This document shows, piece after piece, positions 11,079 to 22,876 of a DNA stretch of 64,000 nucleotides (position 1 is the stretch's first letter; the number at the start of each line of letters is the position of its first letter). Both the position numbers and the translations under genes were made by a program. The stretch lies in NCBI GenBank assembly GCA_000004985.1, contig GG738848.1. One strand, 5' to 3'. A model generated the notes under the pieces. It saw only the letters and a list, made by a program, of their open reading frames with translations, was not told the DNA's origin and did not search any database. The stretch is from Naegleria gruberi (taxonomy: Eukaryota).

Positions 11079-12276
11079 TTTACATAAAATTCTATATTGA
11101 GAAACTAATCTAACTAAATGGTACAACAAAATCAATTAAGAAACATGAGGCATGCTACAATTCTATATACTTGTAGTATTATTAGCACATTCAAACTCTG
11201 CACAAAATATGGTGTTGTTTTTTTTTAAGATTTTTTATCTTTGGTGCCAAATTTACTTCTTTAAATAGCTGCAACAATAAGAAGATAAAATTTCGAGTGC
11301 GTACTTTTGAGGTCCACACACGCACCCTCTTAAATTGATTGAATTTAAAGGCGTTCCAACCAACATTAATATAACATTCAAACCCAATACCCCTTAAATG
11401 ATGCACCTGACTATTAATAACCCGACGATATCGGACAAATTTAATCCACAACCAATTAAGTGTGTGTGGAAAGTTAGAGGAGTGGCGAATATGGAGTGGA
11501 AAATTCCCTAGAGTGGCTCCATGGAATGCATTAAGGAAGTGGCGATGAAAAAGACTGGTTTTGGTTGGAAGGAGCTATTCACAGCGAGAATTTGGGTGAA
11601 TTTTCGATAAATTGTAATAGTTTAAAGAAAATATTTTAAAGGAATATTCGAAAAGTGGAAGGTTGATGGGGACTTGGAATGATGCTTGCACAAATGAGAT
11701 GAGGATAAAATTGTGTTAAAATTGTGAGTGAGGTCCACACTTGAGGGAAATTATTGAAAATTCTATTAGAAACTTCAAATTTACCAAAAAATCTCAGCTT
11801 TCTCTGTACAAGATTGTTCAATGTAAATTGATTAGTTTCACATTAATTTAATTTCCATTATTTATTTTCAACATTATTGAGAGTTTCTCTTTCAATTCTC
11901 CCAACAATAAATTATCAAATTCACCAAGAATGTTCACCATCTGAAAATATGTTAGTAAATTTGTATTATTATTAAATAACAATAAAGTTTCCTTAATTTT
12001 TTAATAAAGTATTTTTAATAATTATTTAAAAAAAATGGCGCCACTACTTACCTTAATATTTACGATTTCAATTTCAGAATAATTGATCATCACGATGACG
12101 AACACCACAAATTCCCACTTTACCGTAATCTTTAAATATTACTAATTATTATTCCAAAATTATTACAACTGATTGCTTCCGAAGCCTATTATTTAACGAA
12201 TACGATCAAACTTCACTTCCATTGTGTTATTATTACAGCAAACAGTCGAACAACAAACACAACCAAGAGAAAAAAA

Positions 12277-13263
12277 ATGTCATTACTGTGCACAGATACA
12301 ATTTCGCACTGTTTTAATTTTCTACCAATTGATGACATTGTTTTAAACTGTTCATTGGTTAGCAAACATTGGTTCAAATGTTCGAGGAGCAATAATGTAT
12401 GGAAATATATTTATTGTACCTTGTTTATGGATGATATGTTTGATTGGAGATCTCACACTTCTCGTGGTAAGAAAGACAAGAAATGTGATAAGAAAAAGAA
12501 AAGAAAGTATGATGAATCGTCTGATTCGTATTGGTTTGATTTGTTTCGGAAATACATGATATTTCCAACTGTGAGTGAGCAACAGTTAGAATTATATGAA
12601 TTGGCCATGGGAACAGACATTGCCAAGATTACAGATCCAGAGAAATTACATGAAATTATCTTTTTTATGAGAGGTTTTATGCGTGATTTTGATCATTCAC
12701 TTGTAGACACTTTCGAATACAATTGTTCGAGAGTACATGATGAAGTTAGAGGAAATTATCTAATATTGGCCATCATATTGACAGTCATGTTTGGCAAAAG
12801 AAGGCTGCAATACTTTAGTGATTGGGTGACAATTTCATTGCATCAATACGATTCACAAGACGAGGATGAGGAAGAATTAAGTGACACGTTTAATTGCCCC
12901 CTTCCCACTTTTTGCATGTTAATTCTCTATCCAGAAGCCCAAAATGAAATACCACTCGACGAAAACGATGATGAGAACATTTTGTACAGAGCTGCACCTT
13001 ACTTGGAAAATACAAGTTCCAACGAAAAGGACTGTTGCTTTTTTACAATGGTAGATAATGATGAAGATGGTGATACAGAGGTTATTAGCACAGGTCAGTC
13101 AATTAGTATTTCTAAAAGATATGAAGACGAGCATGGACTTCGTTTCTGTCCAAACTTTTTCAATGCTGGAGCGCGCATTTGTATAGAGAAAATCACAGCT
13201 AGATATTATAATAATAGAGAGTTACTAAGGGTGAATAAATACGATAGCTTCGACTATTGTTGA
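12277..13263 (+). CDS. F-box-like domain protein (328 aa)
   Basis: The N-terminus LLCTDTISHCFNFLPIDDIVLNCSLVSKHWFKCS fits the F-box pattern LP.D....L...VSK.W. The rest is acidic or unknown. Confidence 0.5.
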   Translation: MSLLCTDTISHCFNFLPIDDIVLNCSLVSKHWFKCSRSNNVWKYIYCTLFMDDMFDWRSHTSRGKKDKKCDKKKKRKYDESSDSYWFDLFRKYMIFPTVSEQQLELYELAMGTDIAKITDPEKLHEIIFFMRGFMRDFDHSLVDTFEYNCSRVHDEVRGNYLILAIILTVMFGKRRLQYFSDWVTISLHQYDSQDEDEEELSDTFNCPLPTFCMLILYPEAQNEIPLDENDDENILYRAAPYLENTSSNEKDCCFFTMVDNDEDGDTEVISTGQSISISKRYEDEHGLRFCPNFFNAGARICIEKITARYYNNRELLRVNKYDSFDYC

Positions 13264-13489
13264 ACTGGAAGCTTCAACACAATACGGTTACATGTTTAAA
13301 TAAATCTAGTTTGCCTGCTGACACCGCAGCGTATTGTGGTTGTTTACCAATCTCCTTAAAAGTTCCCAATAAAACATCTATAGAATTGGATTCCTTATCA
13401 TTTGGGTATTCGATTATATTGGTGAAACCTCCTCCGTTTTGGAACATTCACCTTAAAAGTTCTCTTAATAATGCTCTAGACCATTAACA

Positions 13490-13720
13490 ACTATGGACAG
13501 GGTCCCTCTGTAAAACTTCAGGTTTGCTGGTGCGAGACGTTTTCCGCCAGCACGGTAAGTAGGTGAAGAGAACAATCTGATAGATAAGGGCCATAATCAC
13601 TGATGGGGTTAAAAACCGGTCTTTAATATTCAGCAGATCGGTCTCGAACCTTTGACTGAAACGGCATGAATGATTTATTTGGGCTGGTAATATGCAGAAC
13701 AATCATTAAGAACGCAGTAG
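13490..13720. ncRNA. Candidate structured small RNA (class unknown) in a GC-rich island between two genes
   Basis: Local GC is clearly higher than the flanks. There is a perfect or near-perfect hairpin TGCTGGTGCGAGACGTTTTCCGCCAGCA (13525-13552), with further CCGGTC/GATCGGTC complementarity. The only ORF here (13484..13702, minus) looks spurious. Confidence 0.2.
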
Positions 13721-13786
13721 ACAGATGAAACTATAAATGAAATTAAGAATAAACAATAAAAAAACACTCAACAATACAAGAATAAT

Positions 13787-14260
13787 ATGATGTTAAAGTT
13801 GGACATTGAGGATTTCATTAAGGAATTAATCGAGGTAGGATTTAAACTGCAGCAAGAAGACTGCCTGCAACAACATACTCCAAGTAAAATATCTGATAAT
13901 ACAGTGATGATGACACCTACATCCCACACTCTCACAAGCAACAGTTCATCATCTACGACATCATCAACATCAACAACATGTACCTCCAATGAATATGTAC
14001 CTTTTTTCACATCTGCTCCATTCCAACATGATACAACTCATCAACAACAGGCACAACAACAGTTGCAACCTTATCTTGATCCTTTCCAAATATTTGAGAG
14101 AACTTCTCAGAGGTCTAAAAGCAACCAGAGAACTTCCAAAAACCACAACAATAACAACATGATTGGAAAACCACAACATCGAAATAATGGCTTTACATTT
14201 CAAGAATTCCGTTATCATAAATCAGACAAAAAGAAGACTGTGTTTCATACCCTCAATTGA
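13787..14260 (+). CDS. Hypothetical Ser/Thr/Gln-rich low-complexity protein (157 aa)
   Basis: ORF only. It contains poly-S/T and Q-rich tracts. Confidence 0.3.
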   Translation: MMLKLDIEDFIKELIEVGFKLQQEDCLQQHTPSKISDNTVMMTPTSHTLTSNSSSSTTSSTSTTCTSNEYVPFFTSAPFQHDTTHQQQAQQQLQPYLDPFQIFERTSQRSKSNQRTSKNHNNNNMIGKPQHRNNGFTFQEFRYHKSDKKKTVFHTLN

Positions 14261-14292
14261 ATTGTAATTCATGCATGATAAAATATTACAAT

Positions 14293-17200
14293 TTAATTAA
14301 AGGTTGTTTCCAGATTTTGATTATCAGCAGCAATCAAATCAGTTTGCAATTCGTCTGATTCTGCTCCATGTTTCAAAAATTCATCCAGGACATATTGTTG
14401 CTCAGCTTTGGAAATGTTAGATTTAGCATGATGCTTGGCACTCAAAAAGTAGCTTTGGGTTGGTTTTCCTTTAATCTCAATCTTCCTCTCCTCAAATTCA
14501 AAATCCAAATCATACACTCTCTCATAAGTTGATCTTGATAAATGAATCCTTCCAGGTTGAGAATTTGATTCCATTCTGGATCCAACATTAATAGTTTCCT
14601 AGAATGACATGTTTAAATATCAACAATACAGTATTGAAATACTTACACCCCACAAATCATATGCAAATTTCTTGGTGCTATTATTTGTTAATATTTAAAT
14701 TTCTAGAAACACTTACCCAATCACTCCAGCAATTGCAGCTCCAGTATTGATACCCACACGAATATCTACTTGATTAAAGTCAGAACTGGAAAAGGTATTT
14801 GCTTGAACTAATTCTTTCATTTTGGAAAGATTGAATTCTCTAATGACACTAAAAGTTTCAATACTAAATCTGAGTACTCTTTCTGGGTGATCACTAGCTT
14901 GCATCTATTAAATTATTATTAGAATTAAAAGAAGAAATGAATTATATACATACCAATCCTCCAACACAGAAATATCTAAATATTCAAATCCATAGAATTA
15001 ATGTCATAAACTAGAGTCTCGAATTTACTTACGCATCTCCAATAGTTTTAATCTTTTCCAATTCATACTTGTCAGTCAATTTATCGAATCCTGTAACAAT
15101 TGTACTCAACATTTGAACAACATCATTGGCACTAAGTGAGCTAGATAATTTAGTAAATCCAACCATGTCACTGAAAAAGCAAGTGATATCAGGCAACTTG
15201 TCAGCAATTAATTTCTCTCCCTAAAATAGATTAGATATTGATAAATATAAATAAATGTAATACTTACACTTTTCAATTGTCTGGCAACAGATTCTGGTAA
15301 CACGTTTCTCAGTAACTTTTCAGAATTCTTCTTCTCTTCAGCTAATAATGATTTTGACTTGTTTTCAGATGTGATATCTCTTATGAAACAGGTAATGACT
15401 CTGTTATTATCGAATAGAGTGTAGGAAATGCTCACTCTAGCTGGGAAAGTAGTCCCGTTCTTTCTTATACATTCCAAATCTAAAGTTTCTCCCTGAATGG
15501 CATTCTTTTCTGAGGCTAGTGAAGAATCTACTTGAACTCTATTTTCAATCAACTTTTTAATTGTTTCCTCACAATTTGGATTGAAGAGAGACCACAATGG
15601 TTTTCCAATTACATCCTCAGGCAATTTACCAAACATTCTTTGGGCTGCAGGATTGTAAACTTCAATATCATAATCATTACATGATACTGCTCCATCTACA
15701 GCAGAATTAAGAATGGACTTGACCTTTAAATCTTCAACCTCCTTCTTATTGAGACTGTTCGCGCCTCTAGAGGAGGAAAATATCTTGTGGTATAGAACAT
15801 AATTTCTCATTTCATCCTTTGCTTCCAAATGATCAATCTTGATATAGTTCAGCAACATTCTCACAGTTTGAACCTCATTAACATGTTTGTCAAAGGAGAG
15901 GACAAGTAAATAGCCAAACAGTGGAACTAAAAAAAATCCAATAACTCCAAATATTGTTACAATAGTAGAACTGTTATCTCTTTCTATGGAACTAACGTAA
16001 ATATTCATAAATTGTTCGAATTCCTTTGCCAACACTTTACAATCAGTGAAAAGTGCATGGAACTCTGGGAATATACTGTACATGTCCTTGTTCTTAGCAT
16101 TGTGCTTTTCATTGATAATAATTGATTCCAGATAGAGTTCATTCATCTTATCATTCAAGCTTGTACACTTCATGGTAGTCGAATTTGAATTTTCACAGTG
16201 AGCTCCCTTGATGAGATTGTCAACCTCAGAAAATAACCCAATTAGTGGCGCAGCATTGGTTGTAATATCGCCATACAATAGCAAATTCCACTCCTTACTA
16301 ATCTTCTTCTTGATTTCATAAACTGATTCATGATATTCAACAACTTCATCCATTGAAAGTAATTTCTTAGAGTTGATTGAATATGTATCGTACGGAAGAA
16401 CAGAAAATATTAAAACCTCTCCAACTTTCCCTGTAATATCATGAGCATCTACTGAGATTGATGCAGAACGTTCCACATTTCTCATAATTCTCTCAGTTTT
16501 ATCAGAGGTAACAAAAACTTCATAAAAGAACATGGAAAAACACAAACAAGTAGTAATGAAAATAAGAGTTGTAAATAACGATGCTCTAAACTTGGGATTG
16601 TTGGTAAAGTTGGATTTGTATGCTCCCTCTCCATTCTCTGCATATTTCGTAGCCATTTGGTGGTAGATCTTTCCAAGAGCATCTTTAGGAATTGTCTTTT
16701 CAACGAGTTTTAACACGGATTTCAAAGATCTCATTATCAACAAGTTGAATATCAACATTAGACCACAAGATATTACTAGTAATCCCAAAGAGCAGAAATA
16801 AAAGTACATGAAAGCATTATTGGTATTACTGACAGTGGCATAGGATCTATCTACAATGTTTGAGCAAAACTCTTTGAATACTGAACTGAAAATATCTCTA
16901 TTGTGCCAAAAATACATGGCTTTGTAATTGGAGAGAGTATTGTTATACTGCTGAGGTGTATAGGTATTGATTTCCTTTAAAAATTGTATCAAAGTGTTGG
17001 TGATTGCTGAAATGGAAGTGTTAAATTGATGTGCAACAGTGTATTCTCCTGGGTATGGACCAATAACAGGATTATAGAAAAGGACACTACTCTCTGAATA
17101 ATCATGAAACATGTCATCACTCATTAAGTCATTCAGAGCGCTGTTTTGAAGCTCCTGTAATGAAGCTAATACATCTCGAATTCTTTCTTTGTGCTCAGTT

Positions 17201-19668
17201 GAAAAGTTGGCCGCTCCTGCATCAATAAGAGATTGAGGCATCATCTGTACTGCATTGTTATTATATAAAGTGAATAGTAATTGCTCCATTCTTATGTCTA
17301 ATTGCATACTCAATGTGGTAATAGAAGGCATACAGGATATTTTGATTAATTTCACATCACTTGTTGAGTTTACCAATAAGGCGATGGAGAAGGAAAAACC
17401 AATAATAAACAATAAGAAAAACAGAGCTATAGAGGATATAATGCAAGAGTAGGTAAACTTATTGTCAGAAGGAGTGGCAAGAGCTGATCTGTACAACATT
17501 TCCTTTTTCAATTGTGGATCTTCTGCAGCTTCCAATCCCATTTTGTCACCAAAATCTTCCTCAACAAATTCTTTTGAATAACCATTTTCCAATCCGTCAA
17601 TCTTTGGTTTTGTAGAGTTTTTTTCCATATTTTTGATTTTAGAAGAGAGTGAGGCTGCACTCTTGGAAATTGATGATCTACTGTCTATTGAAGATCTTGA
17701 ATCATCGTGTGTGGCCCTCTCTTTCAAAGGTACTACCTTATTTCGCATGGAACCTTTTACACCACCAACTGGAGCTTTTGAAATTCGTATCTCTCCTTTT
17801 ACAGTTTCTTCATTCTCAATATCATTGGCTTCCTGATACAATTCTCCTGCTCTCAAATTGTTAAAAAGAATGTTATCAAGGAATTTGCCATACATTCTTA
17901 GAACATTCTTGTCATTACTGAAATCTTTCATCAGATTTTCAAAGGTATTCTCAGTATTAAAGGTCAATTCTGTGATTTTTCTGTTAATTTCCATAACCTT
18001 ACCGTAATTGATTTCCATATTGAAAAATTCCTTCCAAATAGCTTTGTGAAGAGCTAGAATGGAATTGTATTGCTTTTCCAGCTTGGCAAGGATGTGTTTC
18101 ACGTCAACAATACTCATTCCATGTGAAGAATCACTGTTTCTTGATTTGTGGAGTGAAGTTTCAATTTCTTTCAATCTTTCTCTCAAAGTTATTCCTGAGA
18201 AGAAATTCAATTTTTGTTGTTTAACTCTTCTCAATAATCCCAAAGCATATTCATGTGAACCTTCTTCCCAAATGTAAGAAGCTATCAAAGCTGATGAAAT
18301 AATCAATTCTGGTTCTGCAAATGATTTGTGTTGAGCAACTGATTTGATGAATGAAACCGCCAATTGTCTATCACTAATATTATATGCATTTGGCGATGCC
18401 TTCTTACCAGAAAACATTGCAAACTTTAAAAATAGTCCAAGTCTATTCAGTCTCTTTTGCTCCACAAAAGATTTGAAGAGAGAATGACCTCCCCGCTCAA
18501 AATATGTCAATACTGACATTCCAGACCTATCATCAATAGATTTTTCATAACAATCATTCAATAGCATCAACATTTCCTTTCTGATTGAATAATAGAAAAA
18601 CCGTGTGTATGCCTCCATCAAAACAAATCCCCCTAGAAAGCCAATAATCATCAGACCTACTGGAATGAAAGTAAAACCAAGTCCCATATCCCATGAATCA
18701 TTTGAATTTAAAAGAAATGCAATCATTGACCCTATTGGTGAAAGTACCTTTGCAAACAAAACTCCACTCCAAATTGAATTTTCCATTCTCACAAAATAAG
18801 GCAAAAAGTAAAACAAGCAGGGAGCTATGGTTATGGATAACACAATATGAAGCACTGATCTTCCATACATGTACTGATTTGGAATTACATAATTCAATAA
18901 AATTTGCAATTGACTAATTGATAAAAACATGGAAAAGAAGAATGGTGATTCCATTATAAATGGTGATGTGTTTTTCAAATGAGTATTTCCTAATATTTGT
19001 CCATAAATAATAGTATTAACAATAGAAATCAAGATACCAATAATTCCAATAACCATCAAAACAATAGAAGCAACTGATTGGCACATTACAGATGGAGCTC
19101 TCATCAATACATTCTGAGGGTCATCATAATTCTCAAATGACATTTGTGTGGTATAGTCACAATCGAGAAAGGATGTCATTGCAAAAGTACCAATCAAACA
19201 CACAAAGAATTGAATATTTCCATAGTAAAATATACAATTTCTCAATAGTTTCATATTTCTACTTGCAATTTCAACAGATTTAGCTGTCAAGACAAAAATC
19301 ACAAGTCCCAAAATTGAAAAGCAAACAAACAAAACCTCAAAAGCAATTAACCCCTCATAAGGAACCTTATCAATTGACAAGGTTATCAAATAATTAAAAA
19401 CTCTCCAAATCCAATCGCCATATTCTCCCCAATGAAATGAACCCAACATTCCAATTCCCAACGAGGCCAAAATTACATAAACATTCAAGACAACAAAATA
19501 AATGTAATTCTTCATTCCCTTCCGAGGAGTTTTATCTTCAATTGAGACAATCATTGAGAAGATACTCTCCTTCAATTTTATAAGACTCTCCCTTCTTGAA
19601 GTATAACTCGATGAAGAGGAGGTAACTGAGGTATTGGCAGAAGAGCCCATATAGTTACTTTCAGCCAT
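14293..19668 (-). CDS. Polytopic membrane PAS-domain class III adenylyl cyclase, paralogue A (~1740 aa). Exons on the complement: 19668..15268, 15220..15033, 14975..14954, 14904..14717, 14677..14647, 14598..14293
   Basis: Exon 1 is 4.4 kb and has an N-terminal block of about 10 TM helices plus further TM segments. The PAS domain reads VDGAVSCNDYDIEVYNPAAQRMF...RKNGTTFPARVSISYTLF. The cyclase domain is split over five small exons with GTAAGT/GTATGT donors and 47-57-nt introns. It contains FFSDMVGFT, EKIKTIGDA|YFCVGGL, GINTGAAIAGVIG, KKFAYDLWG and ETINVGSRMES. Lys before TIGD and Asp in YDLWG are the adenylyl-cyclase specificity pair. Both metal-binding Asp residues and the Asn/Arg transition-state pair are present. 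Confidence 0.85.
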
Positions 19669-20295
19669 TTCTTTCTTGATGATAGATAGAATCGTTAATC
19701 GTTACTATTGATGTTGTTTGATTCAATGAATTGGCTTTGATTTTGTTTGATGTTTTCATCTCTTCACTTTTTGAATCACATACATGTATGAAACTCAACT
19801 CTCTACACATGTTGATAGGAATTGATAGGTGGGGTTTGATGAAAACAAACAACAGTTTGAAAAGGCTCGTAGGAACCTATAATTGCAGGTTTAAATATCT
19901 CCTCAAAAAGGTAGGATGACGGTTGTGTTTTGTAGATTCTGGTGTACCATCACTGGATTTTAGAATAAATTTGTAAATGGTGAACACCATAAGTTGATCA
20001 TTGGATGACCATTTTTTTAAATATTAAATATATATTTAATTGTTAATAGTATTATGAATAATATATTAAACATTAACTTTCAAAGAATGATTACGAAATT
20101 ACAATAACATCATAAACCTTCAATTTCCGATGACTCACTTTGAATTTCAATTTGAAAAACGAATTTGAAGTTAAAATTCAAAATTGATAAAAAAACTTTT
20201 AAATAGCAAAATCCAACAAGTTTCTTTGATTTCAAAAACACAAAAAAACAAATACAACAATCACTTCCATATATCCCAAACATTTTCCTATCAAT

Positions 20296-21492
20296 ATGAT
20301 TTCCAACTCCAATAATTCCAGTCATTGCACAATTAACTTTACAAAAACTGGTAAAACTTTTGAAATGCCAAAACTGAATGTTCCCCTAGTTGCCGATCAG
20401 AATGATCCAACGAAAATGTATTGTCAATCATTCACCGTTGATTCAGATGATCAACAAGTATTGCAATTCTTCAATACCTATGGTTTTGTCGTTTTCGAAA
20501 ATGTACTAAACCAAGAAGAAACTCAAGCCACAGTGAATGATATCTTCAAAATTCTATCAGATGGTACTGAAGGAAAATTTAATCCAGAAGATACCTCAAC
20601 TTGGAATTGTTGGCCACAAAATGCTTTGGAACATTTTGGAAATGTTTCAATTCCAAGTATATTCTCTCGACAATTCTTTATGAATCGACAAAATGAAAAT
20701 GTTGTACGAGCATTTTCAAAGGTATTCCAATTACCAATGACTGAATTGATCGTTAGTCATGACCGTGCCTCATTCTACAGACCTCCAACCATTAATCCAA
20801 AATGGAAGACCAAATCAAATGTTCACTTGGATTTGAATCCAGCTGAAGCTCTCGATGAACCTGAGAATGCCACAGTTTCCTATAATGAATTGAATAGGTT
20901 ACACTATTCATCTGGTAAAGGTCACTGGATCACTGAGAATAATCATGTATGTTCAAAGAGAGATGGTCTGCAAATTCAAGCCCTCATCAATTTGAATGAT
21001 AATCTGAAAGAAGATGGTGGTTTCGTTTGTGTACCTGGATTCCACAATCATTTCAGAGAATTTTTCGAGAATTCCAATCTTGTAAATGAGCTCGGTAGAG
21101 GCAAACCAAGTTTCAGCTTCCAAAAGAATGATCCAGTCAGTGGCAATATCCACCAACTGGCCCAGAGAGTCCCTTCAAAGGCTGGTAGTATTATTATATG
21201 GAATCAATTACTGCCACACGGAAGTACCTTCATGGAGAGCACAACTACTGCCAGATTCAGATCGGCCATGTATCTGAGAATGTTCCCAAAGAGTATGCTC
21301 CTTCGTAGTGGTGCCTCAAAGAGAAGATTGAACAGAAGAGAAGGACTCAGAAAGAAGATTCACAACCTCTACATTAAGGAAAGAGTTCCATTAGAATTGA
21401 CTGATTTGGGTAGAATTGTTTTTGATATTGAAGATGACAATAGTGAATCTGTTTTTGATCCAATTCCTCCATTTGCCAATCATTTGAAATAA
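20296..21492 (+). CDS. Phytanoyl-CoA dioxygenase (PhyH)-like 2OG/Fe(II) oxygenase family protein
   Basis: N-terminal FNTYGFVVFENVLNQEE resembles the PhyH N-terminus. An HxD is present (NVHLDLNP) with a distal His (WNQLLPHGS). Single exon, 398 aa. Confidence 0.55.
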   Translation: MISNSNNSSHCTINFTKTGKTFEMPKLNVPLVADQNDPTKMYCQSFTVDSDDQQVLQFFNTYGFVVFENVLNQEETQATVNDIFKILSDGTEGKFNPEDTSTWNCWPQNALEHFGNVSIPSIFSRQFFMNRQNENVVRAFSKVFQLPMTELIVSHDRASFYRPPTINPKWKTKSNVHLDLNPAEALDEPENATVSYNELNRLHYSSGKGHWITENNHVCSKRDGLQIQALINLNDNLKEDGGFVCVPGFHNHFREFFENSNLVNELGRGKPSFSFQKNDPVSGNIHQLAQRVPSKAGSIIIWNQLLPHGSTFMESTTTARFRSAMYLRMFPKSMLLRSGASKRRLNRREGLRKKIHNLYIKERVPLELTDLGRIVFDIEDDNSESVFDPIPPFANHLK

Positions 21493-21664
21493 ATTATTCT
21501 CTCTCAAAAGAAAACTAATAGAAACATTTTTAATTCCACACACACATTTTCACACACTTTCAAAATGTTATCCACACAAACTAGTTCATTAAAACATTCC
21601 GAAAAATTCAAATCCAAAATTTAAATTAAAAAATTTAGGGATATTATTGAAAAATTTAGTGGAT

Positions 21665-22876
21665 TTAGAAGAGCAACATCTTTTCTGGATCTTCGATCAA
21701 TTCCTTAACTCTCTTCAAGAAAGTAACAGCTTCTCTACCATCGATAATTCTGTGGTCATAAGTCAAGGCAACGTACATCATTGGTCTGACAACAACTTGA
21801 TCACCAATAGCAATTGGTCTATTCTTTGTGGCGTGCATTCCCAAAATAGCAGATTGTGGAGGATTGATAATTGGTGTACCCATCAAACTTCCGAAAACTC
21901 CACCATTAGAAATAGTGAAAGTACCACCTTGCATATCATCAAGGGAGATGGCATTCTTTCTGGCCTTTTCACCCAAGTTAGAAATGTCTCTTTCAATTTG
22001 TGCAATTGACTTGCTTTCACAGTTTCTGACAACTGGAACGACCAAACCATTTGGAGTGGCAACAGCAACACTAATATCGACATAATCACGATAAACAACT
22101 TCATTACCATCAATGACACCATTGACAGCTGGAACTTCAGTAAGAGCAATAGAAGCAGCCTTACAGAAAGCACCCATGAAACCCAACTTTAAACCATCGT
22201 GACGTTCTTGGAAATCGTCTTGGTTAACCTTTCTCAATTCCATAATCTTCTTCATGTCAATTTCATTGAAAGTGGTCAACATAGCATAGGTGTTTTGGGC
22301 TTGCTTCAAACGTTCAGCAATCTTAGCACGAATACGTGTCATTTTAACTCTTCTTTCAGTTCTAGCGAGTCCATTGGCAGAAGTAGTTGGAGCTGATGAT
22401 TGTGTTGGTTTAGCTTCTTCCTTCTTTGGGGTTGGTGTTGGTGTGGCAGTAGGAGTTGGAGTAGAAGGAGTGGAAGCAGTTGTTGTTGTTGTTGTAGTAG
22501 TAGAAGGAGTGGAAGCAGCAGCAGCAGGTGTAGCAGTTGGCTTACCATCAGTATCAATGATGGCAATATCCTTACCAACTTCAACGGTATCCTTGGCATT
22601 AGCCAAAATAGCCTTCAAAACACCAGCTTCTGGAGCACGGATTTCCACAGAGACCTTATCAGTATCAATAGTACAAATGACTTCATCTTCAACACAAGCT
22701 TGACCTGGTTTTTTCACCCATTCATTGATTTCACCTGATGAGATGGAATCACCCATTGATGGAACCTTTATCATAACATCCTTCAAGAGAGAAGGAGTAG
22801 AGTGAAGGAAACGTTGTTGGGAAATGAATTTCTTGCTGGCCAAGATGCGTGATGATTGAACGATAGATCTTCTCAT
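21665..22876 (-). CDS. Dihydrolipoamide succinyltransferase (E2 of the 2-oxoglutarate dehydrogenase complex), mitochondrial
   Basis: Arg-rich mitochondrial presequence. Lipoyl domain with [19 protein letters not shown], carrying the lipoyl Lys. Thr/Pro/Ala-rich linker. Catalytic domain with the [13 protein letters not shown] active-site motif. Confidence 0.9.
   Translation of the reverse strand: MRRSIVQSSRILASKKFISQQRFLHSTPSLLKDVMIKVPSMGDSISSGEINEWVKKPGQACVEDEVICTIDTDKVSVEIRAPEAGVLKAILANAKDTVEVGKDIAIIDTDGKPTATPAAAASTPSTTTTTTTTASTPSTPTPTATPTPTPKKEEAKPTQSSAPTTSANGLARTERRVKMTRIRAKIAERLKQAQNTYAMLTTFNEIDMKKIMELRKVNQDDFQERHDGLKLGFMGAFCKAASIALTEVPAVNGVIDGNEVVYRDYVDISVAVATPNGLVVPVVRNCESKSIAQIERDISNLGEKARKNAISLDDMQGGTFTISNGGVFGSLMGTPIINPPQSAILGMHATKNRPIAIGDQVVVRPMMYVALTYDHRIIDGREAVTFLKRVKELIEDPEKMLLF

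Noticed and set aside
11190-11640. Slightly GC-richer intergenic block with a repeated GAGGTCCACAC motif (11311, 11737) and an 86-aa ORF.
   Set aside because: The ORF is unconvincing and the motif occurs only twice. This is probably promoter or UTR sequence of the flanking divergent genes. Not enough evidence to call a feature.
13540-13580. U1-snRNA-like 5' end (ACTTACC next to a hairpin) on the minus strand.
   Set aside because: No Sm site (AAUUUUUGG-like) and no further U1 stem-loops could be found downstream. The loop sequence does not match the U1-70K loop. It is kept only as a generic ncRNA candidate.
13630-13660. B-box-like GGTTCGAGACC (minus strand), suggesting a tRNA or SINE.
   Set aside because: The flanking bases do not form a T-stem, and no A box or cloverleaf could be drawn.
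13484-13702. 72-aa minus-strand ORF in the GC-rich island.
   Set aside because: No start context, no similarity, and the region looks structured rather than coding. It is treated as a possible ncRNA locus instead.
17255-19283. Many 60-75-aa ORFs on the plus strand inside the cyclase A exon (17255, 17633, 17649, 18059, 18605, 18693, 19092).
   Set aside because: They are antisense to, or out of frame within, a 4.4-kb conserved coding exon. They are short, lack start context and carry no motifs. The same applies to the equivalents inside cyclase B, the helicase, the STAND gene and the P450.
22290-22738. 137-aa and 112-aa ORFs on the plus strand over the DLST linker region.
   Set aside because: They translate the low-complexity linker (GTTGTTGTAGTAG) in other frames and are an antisense artefact of the DLST gene.
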